Assembly (NCBI GenBank): GCA_013151785.1
Contig: JAADHP010000029.1
Coordinates: forward strand, 1 to 25,659
Source of the DNA: Nitrospirota bacterium
GTDB taxonomy: Bacteria; Nitrospirota; Thermodesulfovibrionia; Thermodesulfovibrionales; JdFR-85
Length of the DNA stretch: 25,659 nt
Direction of reading: 5' to 3'
The notes under the pieces were generated by a model, which saw only the letters and a list, made by a program, of their open reading frames with translations, had not been told where the DNA came from and made no database searches. Within the stretch, counting starts at the first letter, position 1; each line of letters starts with the position of its first letter. The position numbers and the translations under genes were made by a program. Shown here piece after piece: positions 8,647 through 17,591 of the stretch.

Positions 8647-10974
8647 ATGGAAAAGAAGGTAGGAGTCTATATATGTAAGGATTGTGGAATTGGGGAAGCA
8701 CTGAATATTGAGCAGCTTGAGTCTGTTGCCAAGGAGTACCATCCAGCAGTATGTAAGGTGCATGATTTCCTTTGTAGTCAAGAAGGCGTACAGGTAATAA
8801 AGGACGATATACAGAATGAAGGCATAAATACCATTGTAATTGCTGCTTGCTCAATGAGGGTAAATACTGATGTTTTCAGTTTTGACCCTCAGAAATATGT
8901 GACTGAAAGGGTAAACCTTCGTGAGCATGTGGTATGGTGTCAGCCTCCAAATGATGAAAATACCCAGAGGATGGCTGAAGACTACCTCAGACTTGGTATA
9001 GTAAGGGCCCAGAAGGCAGAGCCTCCAACACCAAAAACAGGTGATTTAGAAAAGACCATCCTTGTTGTTGGTGGAGGAGTGGCTGGCCTTAGTGCGGCAC
9101 TGGAGGCTGCCAGGGCAGGTTACAAGGCAGTGATAGTAGAGAAGGCTGAGGAGCTTGGTGGTAGGATCAAAAAGATGAAAAAAGTCTTACCCAGTAAACC
9201 ACCCTATCAGGAACCACAAACACCAGATATAGATGAAAAAATAAAGGCTGTTGAGGAAAACCCGAACATAACAGTTTATACAAATTCTCAGGTAGTCAGT
9301 ATTGAAGGCGAGCCAGGTATGTTTGATGTAACAATTTGTAAAAATGATGCAGTTACCATTAAAGAGATTGATATAAACGAAGAGGTCAAATCAGGTGGGC
9401 CTGCAAGGTTTCCTCTTCCCGAGTGTTCCTCACCTGAAACTGTCAGGGTTGGTGCAGTTGTATTCACAATCGGATGGAAGCCTTATGATGCCACCAAACT
9501 GGAAGAGCCCTTTGGTTATGGCAAATTCAAGAATGTTATAACCAACTGGGAACTTGAAGAGATGGTCTCAAATGGTGGTGTAAAAAGACCATCTGATGGC
9601 TCAACACCAAAAAGCGTTGTCTTTATCCAGTGTGCTGGCCAGCGAGACGAAAATCACCTGCCTTATTGTTCATCTGTATGCTGCCTGACATCCCTTAAAC
9701 AGGCAAAATACATAAGAGAGGCAAACCCGGATGCTGGAGCCTTCATCATTTACAAGGATATGAGAACTCCCGGGCTTTATGAGAATTTCTACAAGAGCAT
9801 GCAGGATGACGAAGGTGTATTCCTCATTAAAGGAGAGATTCAGAGCATCGAGGAAAATGCCGATGGTTCTATTCAGATCAAGGTTGAGAACAAACTTCTC
9901 AACACCATTGATGTAATAAATGCAGATATGGTGGTGCTTGCCACTGGTATGGTAACCAATATGGTTCCAGAGGGCAGAGAACCAAAAGAGCTAACAAGGG
10001 ATCAGGAATACATTGGAGAGATTGTCTCGAAGCAGACCGAGGATGGTGTGGTAGAGGAGCTTGTACCATATCCGATAGCCCTTAATCTGAAGTATCGTCA
10101 GGGTCCTGAGATGCCCTATCTGAAATATGGATTCCCTGATTCACACTTTATCTGTTTCCCTTATGAGACTAGGAGAACAGGTATATATGCTGCAGGTGCT
10201 GCAAGGCATCCGATGGATGCTGCCCAGGCCGCCATGGACGGAGCAGGTGCAGCACTTAAGGCCATACAATGTATAGAGAGGACTTCTGAGGGGTATGCAG
10301 TACATCCAAGGTCCTGGGATCAGACCTTTCCGGTGTTCAGGCTCGAGTCCTGTACACAGTGTCGTAGATGTACTGTTGAGTGTCCTTTTGGTGTGCTTGA
10401 TGAGGACGAAAAGGCAACACCTCAGGAACATCCATACAGATGTCGTCGTTGTGGTACATGTATGGGTGCATGTCCACAGAGGATTATCAATTTCAGCGAC
10501 TACAGCATTGATATGATTTCTTCCATGCTCCAGGAAATGCAGGTTCCTGATGAAAGTGAGCTTTTCCCATATATTGTTGCATTTATTTGTGAAAACGACG
10601 CATACCCAGCCTTCGACATGGCTGGTCTGAACAGGTTACAGCTTCCACCAAACTTCAGGCTGATAAGGCTTCGTTGTCTTGGTGGTATGAACCTGGTCTG
10701 GGTATCTGATGTGCTTTCTAAGGGTGCAGATGGTGTAATCCTTATCGGATGTAAGTTTGGTGAGGATTATCAGTGCCACTTTATTAAGGTGTCTCAGATG
10801 GCAAATGAGCGTCTTGGCAAGGTTCAGGAGACTTTAAGCAGGTTGATGCTCGAGGCAGAAAGGGTGAAGATGGTTCAGCTTGCTATTAATGAGTATGATC
10901 AGTTGCCACAGATACTTAGCGAGTTTGCTGAACAGGTTAAGGAAATAGGAGCCAATCCATATAAAGGCTTCTAA
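8647..10974 (+). CDS. qmoB: QmoB (HdrA-like FAD/FeS domain plus ferredoxin plus MvhD-like C-terminus)
   Basis: GVYICKDC, GGGVAG, QCAGQRD..YCSSVCC, CTQCRRCTVECP, CRRCGTCMGACP, MvhD-like ICENDAY..RCLG..GCKFGEDYQCHF; abuts the qmoA stop. Confidence 0.96.
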   Translation: MEKKVGVYICKDCGIGEALNIEQLESVAKEYHPAVCKVHDFLCSQEGVQVIKDDIQNEGINTIVIAACSMRVNTDVFSFDPQKYVTERVNLREHVVWCQPPNDENTQRMAEDYLRLGIVRAQKAEPPTPKTGDLEKTILVVGGGVAGLSAALEAARAGYKAVIVEKAEELGGRIKKMKKVLPSKPPYQEPQTPDIDEKIKAVEENPNITVYTNSQVVSIEGEPGMFDVTICKNDAVTIKEIDINEEVKSGGPARFPLPECSSPETVRVGAVVFTIGWKPYDATKLEEPFGYGKFKNVITNWELEEMVSNGGVKRPSDGSTPKSVVFIQCAGQRDENHLPYCSSVCCLTSLKQAKYIREANPDAGAFIIYKDMRTPGLYENFYKSMQDDEGVFLIKGEIQSIEENADGSIQIKVENKLLNTIDVINADMVVLATGMVTNMVPEGREPKELTRDQEYIGEIVSKQTEDGVVEELVPYPIALNLKYRQGPEMPYLKYGFPDSHFICFPYETRRTGIYAAGAARHPMDAAQAAMDGAGAALKAIQCIERTSEGYAVHPRSWDQTFPVFRLESCTQCRRCTVECPFGVLDEDEKATPQEHPYRCRRCGTCMGACPQRIINFSDYSIDMISSMLQEMQVPDESELFPYIVAFICENDAYPAFDMAGLNRLQLPPNFRLIRLRCLGGMNLVWVSDVLSKGADGVILIGCKFGEDYQCHFIKVSQMANERLGKVQETLSRLMLEAERVKMVQLAINEYDQLPQILSEFAEQVKEIGANPYKGF

Positions 10975-11028
10975 GGTGAAGTAAAACTTAGTTAAATAGG
11001 TAACTAATAAAATTTTCAGGAGGTATAT

Positions 11029-12135
11029 ATGCCAGAGGAGAGGGTGCTTTCACCGGACATAAACTTTATTCGTGACCTGAAGAAGGTTGGTGGTGAGACA
11101 TTAAAGAAGTGTTATCAATGTGCCACTTGCTCGGTTGTATGTCCTATGTCTCCAGATGACAGGCCGTTTCCTCGTAAAGAGATGATAATGGCTCAGATGG
11201 GTCTTAAAGAAAGCCTGCTTGCTGATCCGGATATCTGGTATTGTCATAACTGCAATGACTGTTCAAAGTACTGTCCAAGAGGTGCAAGGCCAGGTGATGT
11301 GCTTAGTGCTTTAAGGGCTAAGTTTATAAACGAGAATGCGATTCCCAGCTTCATGGCTAAGATAGTTAGAAATCCAATATTGGCCCTGGCCATACCATTT
11401 GTTGTACTGTTTTTAACACTTGCTGCAACAGGTAATCTTCATATACCTGAAGGTAAAATAGTTTATTCCCACTTCTTTCCAATTGATGTTATTGAGAAGC
11501 TGTTTATTCCACTGGTAGGGCTTGCAGGAATTACCTATATTGTCAGCCTTCTTAGGTTCTGGGGTAAGCTAAAAACCTTAAACGGTACCAACTACCAGAA
11601 GGGCTTTGGCGATGCCTTTGTTGAGACCATCGTGGAGTTCCTGAAGCACACAAAATTTACCAAGTGTGAGACCAATGCTGACAGAAAGAATGGGCATATG
11701 CTCGTCTTCTATGGCTTTGTGGGGCTGTTTATCACAACCTGCTGGATTACCTTTTACTATTATGTAATGAAGATACATTCACCAATATCACTCGGTGATC
11801 CAATGAAGTGGTTTGCCAATATCAGTGCTATTTCACTGCTTGTAGGTATACTTGCAATTATTGGAAGCCGTATGAAGGACAAGGGTATAAACACAAAGAC
11901 CTCATCCTTTGACTGGACCTTTATTATAATGGTTCTGTTGCTGGCTGTTACAGGTATACTTACAGAGCTTACAAGGCTTGCCGGTATAAGGCAGATAGCC
12001 TATCCCATGTATTTCGTACATCTAATGTTTGTGTTTTATATTATCGTTTATTTCCCATATTCCAAACTTGCCCATATGGGATACAGAGCCCTTGCTATAA
12101 CATACTATAAGATGGTTGGAAAGGATGTAATGTAA
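11029..12135 (+). CDS. qmoC: QmoC (HdrC-like 2x[4Fe-4S] plus heme b membrane domain)
   Basis: CYQCATCSVVCP, CHNCNDCSKYCP, then TM helices with His in YSHFF, NGHML, FVHLM and LAHMG. Confidence 0.95.
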   Translation: MPEERVLSPDINFIRDLKKVGGETLKKCYQCATCSVVCPMSPDDRPFPRKEMIMAQMGLKESLLADPDIWYCHNCNDCSKYCPRGARPGDVLSALRAKFINENAIPSFMAKIVRNPILALAIPFVVLFLTLAATGNLHIPEGKIVYSHFFPIDVIEKLFIPLVGLAGITYIVSLLRFWGKLKTLNGTNYQKGFGDAFVETIVEFLKHTKFTKCETNADRKNGHMLVFYGFVGLFITTCWITFYYYVMKIHSPISLGDPMKWFANISAISLLVGILAIIGSRMKDKGINTKTSSFDWTFIIMVLLLAVTGILTELTRLAGIRQIAYPMYFVHLMFVFYIIVYFPYSKLAHMGYRALAITYYKMVGKDVM

Positions 12136-12575
12136 TGAAGGTACAGGACATTCTTAATGAGAAAGGAAGAGAATTAATAACTGTTGCAGCTGATACCGAA
12201 ATTGCTGATGCTGCTGTAAAAATGATGCAGCGTAATATAGGTGCGTTACTGGTAGAAGAGGCTGGCAAACTCATAGGTCTGATAACCGAGAGAGATATCA
12301 TAAAAATATTAGCAAAGACTCATTGTGATATGAAGGGTTTGAGAGTGCGAGATATCATGGTACCAGCAGAAAATCTTCTTGTAGCAGAGCCTGAGGATGA
12401 GGTTGAGTATGTAATGGCTGTTATGATCCAGAATGCTATTAGGCACATGCCCATTGTGGAAAAGGGTGAATTAATTGGGATAATTTCTATTAGAGATGTT
12501 GTTAAGACTCATGTCAGAAAGCTGAAGGCCGAGATCCATTTTCTAAAGGAGTACATTTCTGATAAGTACATTTAA
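12135..12575 (+). CDS. Stand-alone CBS-domain pair protein
   Basis: IGALLV..LIGLITERD and IRHMPIV..LIGIISIRD CBS repeats; ATG overlaps the qmoC stop (TAATG). Confidence 0.9.
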   Translation: MKVQDILNEKGRELITVAADTEIADAAVKMMQRNIGALLVEEAGKLIGLITERDIIKILAKTHCDMKGLRVRDIMVPAENLLVAEPEDEVEYVMAVMIQNAIRHMPIVEKGELIGIISIRDVVKTHVRKLKAEIHFLKEYISDKYI

Positions 12576-12631
12576 GGATTTAGAAGTTTAGGCATTTTGC
12601 CAGAAAATAAAACCAAAAGGAGGTATGGTGA

Positions 12632-14674
12632 ATGGAAAGTTTAACTAATCTGGCTGCGTTGTTCGGGGCTGGGGGATTGCTACTGGCACTTATAATCTTT
12701 GCTGCAGTCTCAAAAAAGCCAGACGGCAATGAGACAATGCGTGAGATTGCAGCAATGATTCATGAAGGTGCCATGGCATACCTGAAGAGACAGTACAGCA
12801 TACTGTCTATCTTCATTATTATTGTTTTTATTGCCATGTTCTTCTACCTTGGCGCACCATCTGCAATTGCCTTCCTCTCTGGAGCAATATGTTCAATTGC
12901 AGCAGGTTTTCTTGGTATGAAGGCAGCTACTAAGGCAAATGTCAGAACTGCAGAGGCAGCAAACCAGTACAAGCCTGATCACTCGAAGGCTCTATCGGTT
13001 GCATTTAATGGTGGGGCTGTTATGGGTCTTGCTGTAGCAGGTATCGGTCTTTTGGGTGTAGGTATTTTCTATTATCTCTATGGTCGTGATCCACAGACAG
13101 CATTTATAATCAATGCCTTTGGTATGGGTGCCTCATCAATAGCCCTGTTTATGCGTGTTGGTGGTGGTATTTATACAAAGGCAGCCGACGTTGGTGCCGA
13201 CCTTGTTGGTAAGGTTGAGGCAGGAATTCCGGAAGACGACCCACGTAACCCTGGTGTTATTGCTGACAATGTGGGCGACAACGTGGGCGATGTGGCTGGT
13301 ATGGGTGCTGACCTTTTTGAGTCTTATGTTAACTCTATTATAGCTTCTATTGCTATAGGTGCAACTGCCGCAGTTGGCTCCAAGATAGCCGGTCTTGGTT
13401 CACCGCTTCACCTTATGGCACTCCCTGTGCTGCTTGCTGTAATGGGTATAATCTCTTCAGTGCTGGGCATCCTTGCAATGAGAATACTTGAGAAGATGGA
13501 TCCTGCAGCAGCTTTACGTTATTCGACCTTTATAGCTGCTGGTATATTTCTGGTTCTTTCCTATTTCGCAACCTCTTCACTTGAGGTAAGCAATCATGTA
13601 TTCTGGGCAGTTGTTGCTGGTTGTATTGGCGGTATAATAATCGGTCTTTTAACAGAGTACTACACCTCTGGTGCTCCAATTAAGAAGATTGCAGAGGCCT
13701 CACAAACAGGACCAGGTACTAATATAATTACTGGTCTGGCAGTAGGTCTTGAAAGTACAGCCCTTCCAGTGCTTGGTATATGTCTTGCAATTTTTATTGC
13801 CGACAGGGTTGCAGGTCTCTATGGTATTGGTATTGCTGCAGTTGGTATGCTTGGTACAATTGGTATAACCATGAGTGTTGACGCTTATGGCCCAATTGCT
13901 GACAATGCCGGTGGTATCTCTGAGATGGCTGGTCTTGGTGAGGATACCCGTGAGATCACCGATAGCCTGGATGCACTGGGTAACACAACAGCAGCAATCG
14001 GTAAGGGTTTTGCAATCGGCTCTGCTGCACTAACAGCACTTGCTCTTTTCTCTGCATACACTCAGAGTGTTAATGCTGTTAGAGTACAGAAAGGTCTGGA
14101 GAAACTCTCAATTATAATCACAGATCCAATGGTGGTTATCGGTTTACTGTTAGGTGGAATTCTACCATTCTTTGTTGCAGCTCTTACAATGACAGCTGTT
14201 GGTAAGGCTGCTTTTGAGATGGTTAACGAGATCAGACGCCAGTTCAGGGAAATTCCTGGTCTGTTAGAAGGAAAGCCTGGTGTTAAACCAGACTCTAAAA
14301 GATGTGTTGATATCTCAACTGCATCAGCTTTAAAGCAGATGATACTTCCAGGCCTTACTGCTGTTATAAGTCCTATACTTGTTGGATTCTTATTAGGCCC
14401 GGCAGCCCTTGGTGGTATGCTCGCTGGAGCTACAGTTGCTGGTGTAATGTTAGCACTTATGATGGCCAATGGTGGTGGTGCCTGGGACAATGCCAAAAAG
14501 TATATCGAGAAAGGTAACCTCGGTGGTAAGGGGTCAGAGGCTCACAAGGCTGCCGTTGTTGGTGATACAGTGGGTGATCCATTCAAAGATACCTCTGGTC
14601 CTTCAATGAACATTCTAATCAAGCTTATGAGCGTTGTTTCACTGGTTATTGCTCCATTAATTGCCCTTTTATAA
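12632..14674 (+). CDS. hppA: Membrane-bound ion-translocating pyrophosphatase, K+-dependent family, probably Na+-pumping
   Basis: [55 protein letters not shown]; GNTTAAIG (Ala, not Lys); GADLFESY; SD AGGAGG. Confidence 0.95.
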   Translation: MESLTNLAALFGAGGLLLALIIFAAVSKKPDGNETMREIAAMIHEGAMAYLKRQYSILSIFIIIVFIAMFFYLGAPSAIAFLSGAICSIAAGFLGMKAATKANVRTAEAANQYKPDHSKALSVAFNGGAVMGLAVAGIGLLGVGIFYYLYGRDPQTAFIINAFGMGASSIALFMRVGGGIYTKAADVGADLVGKVEAGIPEDDPRNPGVIADNVGDNVGDVAGMGADLFESYVNSIIASIAIGATAAVGSKIAGLGSPLHLMALPVLLAVMGIISSVLGILAMRILEKMDPAAALRYSTFIAAGIFLVLSYFATSSLEVSNHVFWAVVAGCIGGIIIGLLTEYYTSGAPIKKIAEASQTGPGTNIITGLAVGLESTALPVLGICLAIFIADRVAGLYGIGIAAVGMLGTIGITMSVDAYGPIADNAGGISEMAGLGEDTREITDSLDALGNTTAAIGKGFAIGSAALTALALFSAYTQSVNAVRVQKGLEKLSIIITDPMVVIGLLLGGILPFFVAALTMTAVGKAAFEMVNEIRRQFREIPGLLEGKPGVKPDSKRCVDISTASALKQMILPGLTAVISPILVGFLLGPAALGGMLAGATVAGVMLALMMANGGGAWDNAKKYIEKGNLGGKGSEAHKAAVVGDTVGDPFKDTSGPSMNILIKLMSVVSLVIAPLIALL

Positions 14675-14691
14675 GGCAAAAGGAAATCTTA

Positions 14692-14739
14692 AAAATAAAA
14701 AGGGGCAGGATGGAAAAACATTCTGCCCCTTTTTATTTT
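14692..14739. terminator. Bidirectional intrinsic terminator between convergent hppA and sdhD
   Basis: AAAATAAAAAGGGGCAGGATG-GAAAAA-CATTCTGCCCCTTTTTATTTT: 21-bp stem (one G-T) with A/T tracts on both sides. Confidence 0.9.
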
Positions 14740-14753
14740 AGTAATTGTTTTTA

Positions 14754-14763
14754 TTCTATTAAT
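14754..14763 (-). repeat. Left copy of a 10-bp inverted repeat (TTCTATTAAT on +), immediately after the sdhD stop
   Basis: Exact reverse complement of ATTAATAGAA at 21267-21276. Confidence 0.6.
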
Positions 14764-15078
14764 CTAATAGAGAATTATTATGATTCCTTGTATAAACAAT
14801 AAAACCGCAATTGTATACAATGAAAACTTCATAATACGAAGCTTCCTTGTATTTGTGACATACTCTATAATTATTCCCCATATTCCATTAAACCCATGAT
14901 ATATGACCGAAAGAAGAAATAGTGTGTCAAAGGTTTTCCAAAAGGGTGATGAGAGTCGAGAAATTACTGACTCAAAACTTATGTTATCAGGATTTGAGTA
15001 GTGCATTAAATAAAAGTGTATAATCAGACCTATTAGAAGAATAAGACCGGTAATTCTTTGTAAAAACCACATGATCAT
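14764..15078 (-). CDS. sdhD: Succinate:quinone oxidoreductase / fumarate reductase hydrophobic anchor subunit D
   Basis: WFLQRITG, His in IIHFY and IYHGFNG, three TM helices; follows sdhC. Confidence 0.88.
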   Translation of the reverse strand: MIMWFLQRITGLILLIGLIIHFYLMHYSNPDNISFESVISRLSSPFWKTFDTLFLLSVIYHGFNGIWGIIIEYVTNTRKLRIMKFSLYTIAVLLFIQGIIIILY

Positions 15079-15098
15079 ATTGGGTAATACTTTCCTCC

Positions 15099-15431
15099 CT
15101 AAAAAAATGGTATACTGCCAAAAACTAAAAGCACAAAACCAACCAGAAAAGCTGACCAGAATAGTGGTTTTTGTAATCGAGTAGGAACCCCCAGCTCCAG
15201 GAGTGTTACTCTAATACCGTTAAGTCCATGAGCAAGCACCAGTGCAAGAAGTCCAATTTCGCTAATTTTTACAAATGGATTTTCCATCAACTGTAGTATC
15301 TTTTTGTATGATTCGGGATCCTTAAGATGGCTGAGCACATAGAGATGTACAAATATATATAGGGTGAGTAACACTCCAGTAATCCGGTGTATTAGCCATG
15401 CTATCGAGCCTGTATGCCAGCGGTACCGCAT
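15099..15431 (-). CDS. sdhC: Succinate:quinone oxidoreductase cytochrome b subunit C
   Basis: AWLIHRITG, FVHL, LAHGLNGIRV; three TM helices. Confidence 0.9.
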   Translation of the reverse strand: MRYRWHTGSIAWLIHRITGVLLTLYIFVHLYVLSHLKDPESYKKILQLMENPFVKISEIGLLALVLAHGLNGIRVTLLELGVPTRLQKPLFWSAFLVGFVLLVFGSIPFF

Positions 15432-15522
15432 ATTTCTTTTACCTTGTCCTTCTTATTTTTATTCCTTCTGGTGTTTTGTATAATCAGTCAGGGGATCTCC
15501 TTTATTTATATTTTTTCAGGTC

Positions 15523-16167
15523 TTATCCCTTCTTTATAATTACTGTTTTAAAGGTGCCTTCAAGCTCTGCCTTCAATGCCCTGAAGTTGCCCTTTCCTTT
15601 TGTCCTTATGACCACTTTGCGAAGGCCTTCCTTTACCCCTTCATAGGATGTCAGAATGCTTTGCAGGCTGAAGCCATACTTTCTGATAATGTCTGCCACA
15701 TCCTTAATCGAGCCTGGCCTGTCTTCTACCACTGCATAGATACGATGCCCTCCATGCCTTATTCCGGTTATATCAACCACAACACGGAAGATGTCGCGAT
15801 CTGAGATAATACCCACAAGTTGGCCTTTTTCAAGCACAGGCAAAGAGCCTATGTTTTTCTCAAGCATTGTAAGGGCGGCCTCTTCAATTGGTGTGTCCGG
15901 TGTGGTAGTGATAACCTTCTTTTTCATTATCTCCTTTACCCTTGTTTTTGCAAGCAGGTAGTGAAGCTCGTAAACATCCAGTGATGTAGCCTTTGAAGGT
16001 ATGTACTCCTTTATATCCCGATCAGATATGATACCCTTTATTTTATCGTTCTTAACTACTGGCAGGTGTTTGATATTCTTTTCTTTTAAAATTCTGGCTG
16101 CTGTTGATACAGAATCATCGGGCATTACAGTAAAAACCTTTTTAGTCATCCAGTCTTTTACAAACAT
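15523..16167 (-). CDS. CBS-pair plus ACT-domain protein (AcuB-like)
   Basis: MFVKDWMT..IKHLPVV..GIISDRD, IGSLPV..GIISDRD, followed by ACT-like VEDRPGSIKDVADII. Confidence 0.85.
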   Translation of the reverse strand: MFVKDWMTKKVFTVMPDDSVSTAARILKEKNIKHLPVVKNDKIKGIISDRDIKEYIPSKATSLDVYELHYLLAKTRVKEIMKKKVITTTPDTPIEEAALTMLEKNIGSLPVLEKGQLVGIISDRDIFRVVVDITGIRHGGHRIYAVVEDRPGSIKDVADIIRKYGFSLQSILTSYEGVKEGLRKVVIRTKGKGNFRALKAELEGTFKTVIIKKG

Positions 16168-16168
16168 T

Positions 16169-16873
16169 TTATACCCCCAGATATGCGGTTTTTACATGCT
16201 CGTTATGGAGCATGCTTTCACCGGTACCTTCCATTACAATACGACCATTTTCAAGCACATAGGCGCGGTCTGCTATAGTAAGTGACTGTTTGACATTCTG
16301 CTCTACGATTAGAACGGTTGTGCCCTCCTGCCTTATCTTTTTTATTACATTGAATATCTCTTTAACAAGTATGGGAGCAAGTCCAAGAGATGGCTCATCG
16401 AACATCATAAGCCTGGGTTTTGCCATCAGGCCCCTGCCGATGGCAAGCATCTGTTGCTCACCACCACTGAGGGTACCGGCAATCTGTCTTCTCCTTTCCT
16501 TTAGTCTCGGGAAGAGTTCAAAGACCATCTCCTTTGTCTTCTCCCGCTGCCTCTTTGCCTCTCCCTTAAGTGCGCCCATGTCCAGGTTTTCCTCGACTGT
16601 CATCTCAACAAAAAGACGTCTTCCCTCAGGTACATGCACAATGCCCATCTCGATAAGTCTGTATGGTTTTACTGTATGAATGGGGGTTCCTTCAAAGATT
16701 ATTTCACCAGGTGATGGCCTTAACAGCCCTGATATGGTTTTTAGCAGGGTTGTCTTGCCAGCACCATTTGCCCCAATTAGGGAGACTATTTCGGCCTTTT
16801 CCACATGAAAAGAAACTCCCCAGATTACCTGCAGGTCACCATAGAAAACATTTACATCCCGTACTTCAAGCAT
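16169..16873 (-). CDS. livF: Branched-chain amino acid-type ABC transporter ATP-binding protein
   Basis: GANGAGKTT, HVPEGRR, LSGGEQQM, DEPSLGLAP, VEQN. Confidence 0.95.
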   Translation of the reverse strand: MLEVRDVNVFYGDLQVIWGVSFHVEKAEIVSLIGANGAGKTTLLKTISGLLRPSPGEIIFEGTPIHTVKPYRLIEMGIVHVPEGRRLFVEMTVEENLDMGALKGEAKRQREKTKEMVFELFPRLKERRRQIAGTLSGGEQQMLAIGRGLMAKPRLMMFDEPSLGLAPILVKEIFNVIKKIRQEGTTVLIVEQNVKQSLTIADRAYVLENGRIVMEGTGESMLHNEHVKTAYLGV

Positions 16874-17591
16874 CCTGAGCCTCCCCTAAATAGGCCTCTA
16901 TTACTAAGGGGTTGTTTGCTATCTCTTCAGGTGTGCCTTCTGCTATCTTTTCTCCATAGTTTAAAACCACAATCCTGTCGGAGATAGACATTATTACCTT
17001 CATGTGATGCTCGATAATCAATATGGTAATGCCGCTTTCCCTTATTTTTTTTACAATCTCAATGGATTTGTTCAGCTCCGTGGGATTAAGCCCTGCAAAG
17101 GACTCATCAAGCAGAAGCAACTCTGGCTCTGTTGCCAGAGCCCTTGCGATCTCAAGTCTCTTTCTTTTTCCAAGGGGCAATCCCTTTGAGATCATATCCC
17201 TGTCGTCGTATAGTTCCGTGAATTTGAGAATCTCTAAAGCCTTTTTCTCTGCCTCAGAACGAGATTTTGTGCGCAGGAATGCCGAGGCAATCACATTGTC
17301 AAGCACTGTCATACGCTGAAGTGGCTTAACCACCTGGAAGGTCCTTGCTATGCCGAGGCGGCATATCTGATGAGGTTTCATACCCGATATCCGTTTGCCT
17401 TTAAAAAATATCTCACCCTGAGAGGGCTTGTAAAAGCCATTGATAACATTAAAGAGAGTGGTTTTTCCAGCCCCGTTTGGGCCTATCAGGGCAACAATCT
17501 CGCCTTTATTAACTGTAAAGGAGACATCCATTACTGCTGCCAGACCACCAAAGAATCTTGAAACTCCTCTAACCTCAAGTAATGCCGTCAA
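16866..17591 (-). CDS. livG: Branched-chain amino acid-type ABC transporter ATP-binding protein
   Basis: FGGLAAV, GPNGAGKTT, ARTFQ, LEIARALAT, IEHHM, EAYLG. Confidence 0.95.
   Translation of the reverse strand: MTALLEVRGVSRFFGGLAAVMDVSFTVNKGEIVALIGPNGAGKTTLFNVINGFYKPSQGEIFFKGKRISGMKPHQICRLGIARTFQVVKPLQRMTVLDNVIASAFLRTKSRSEAEKKALEILKFTELYDDRDMISKGLPLGKRKRLEIARALATEPELLLLDESFAGLNPTELNKSIEIVKKIRESGITILIIEHHMKVIMSISDRIVVLNYGEKIAEGTPEEIANNPLVIEAYLGEAQDA

Noticed and set aside
7381-10974. Selenocysteine or stop-codon recoding in the HdrA-like QmoA/QmoB
   Set aside because: Both ORFs are full length with Cys at the ligand positions and no in-frame TGA.
10988-11007. TTAGTTA-N6-TAACTAA inverted repeat between qmoB and qmoC
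   Set aside because: 7-bp all-but-one AT stem with no U-tract; too weak to call a terminator or operator.
4629-11023. 13-mer AAATTTTCAGGAG shared by the sat-aprB and qmoB-qmoC spacers
   Set aside because: Low complexity and largely an SD-like sequence; only two copies, so chance is plausible.
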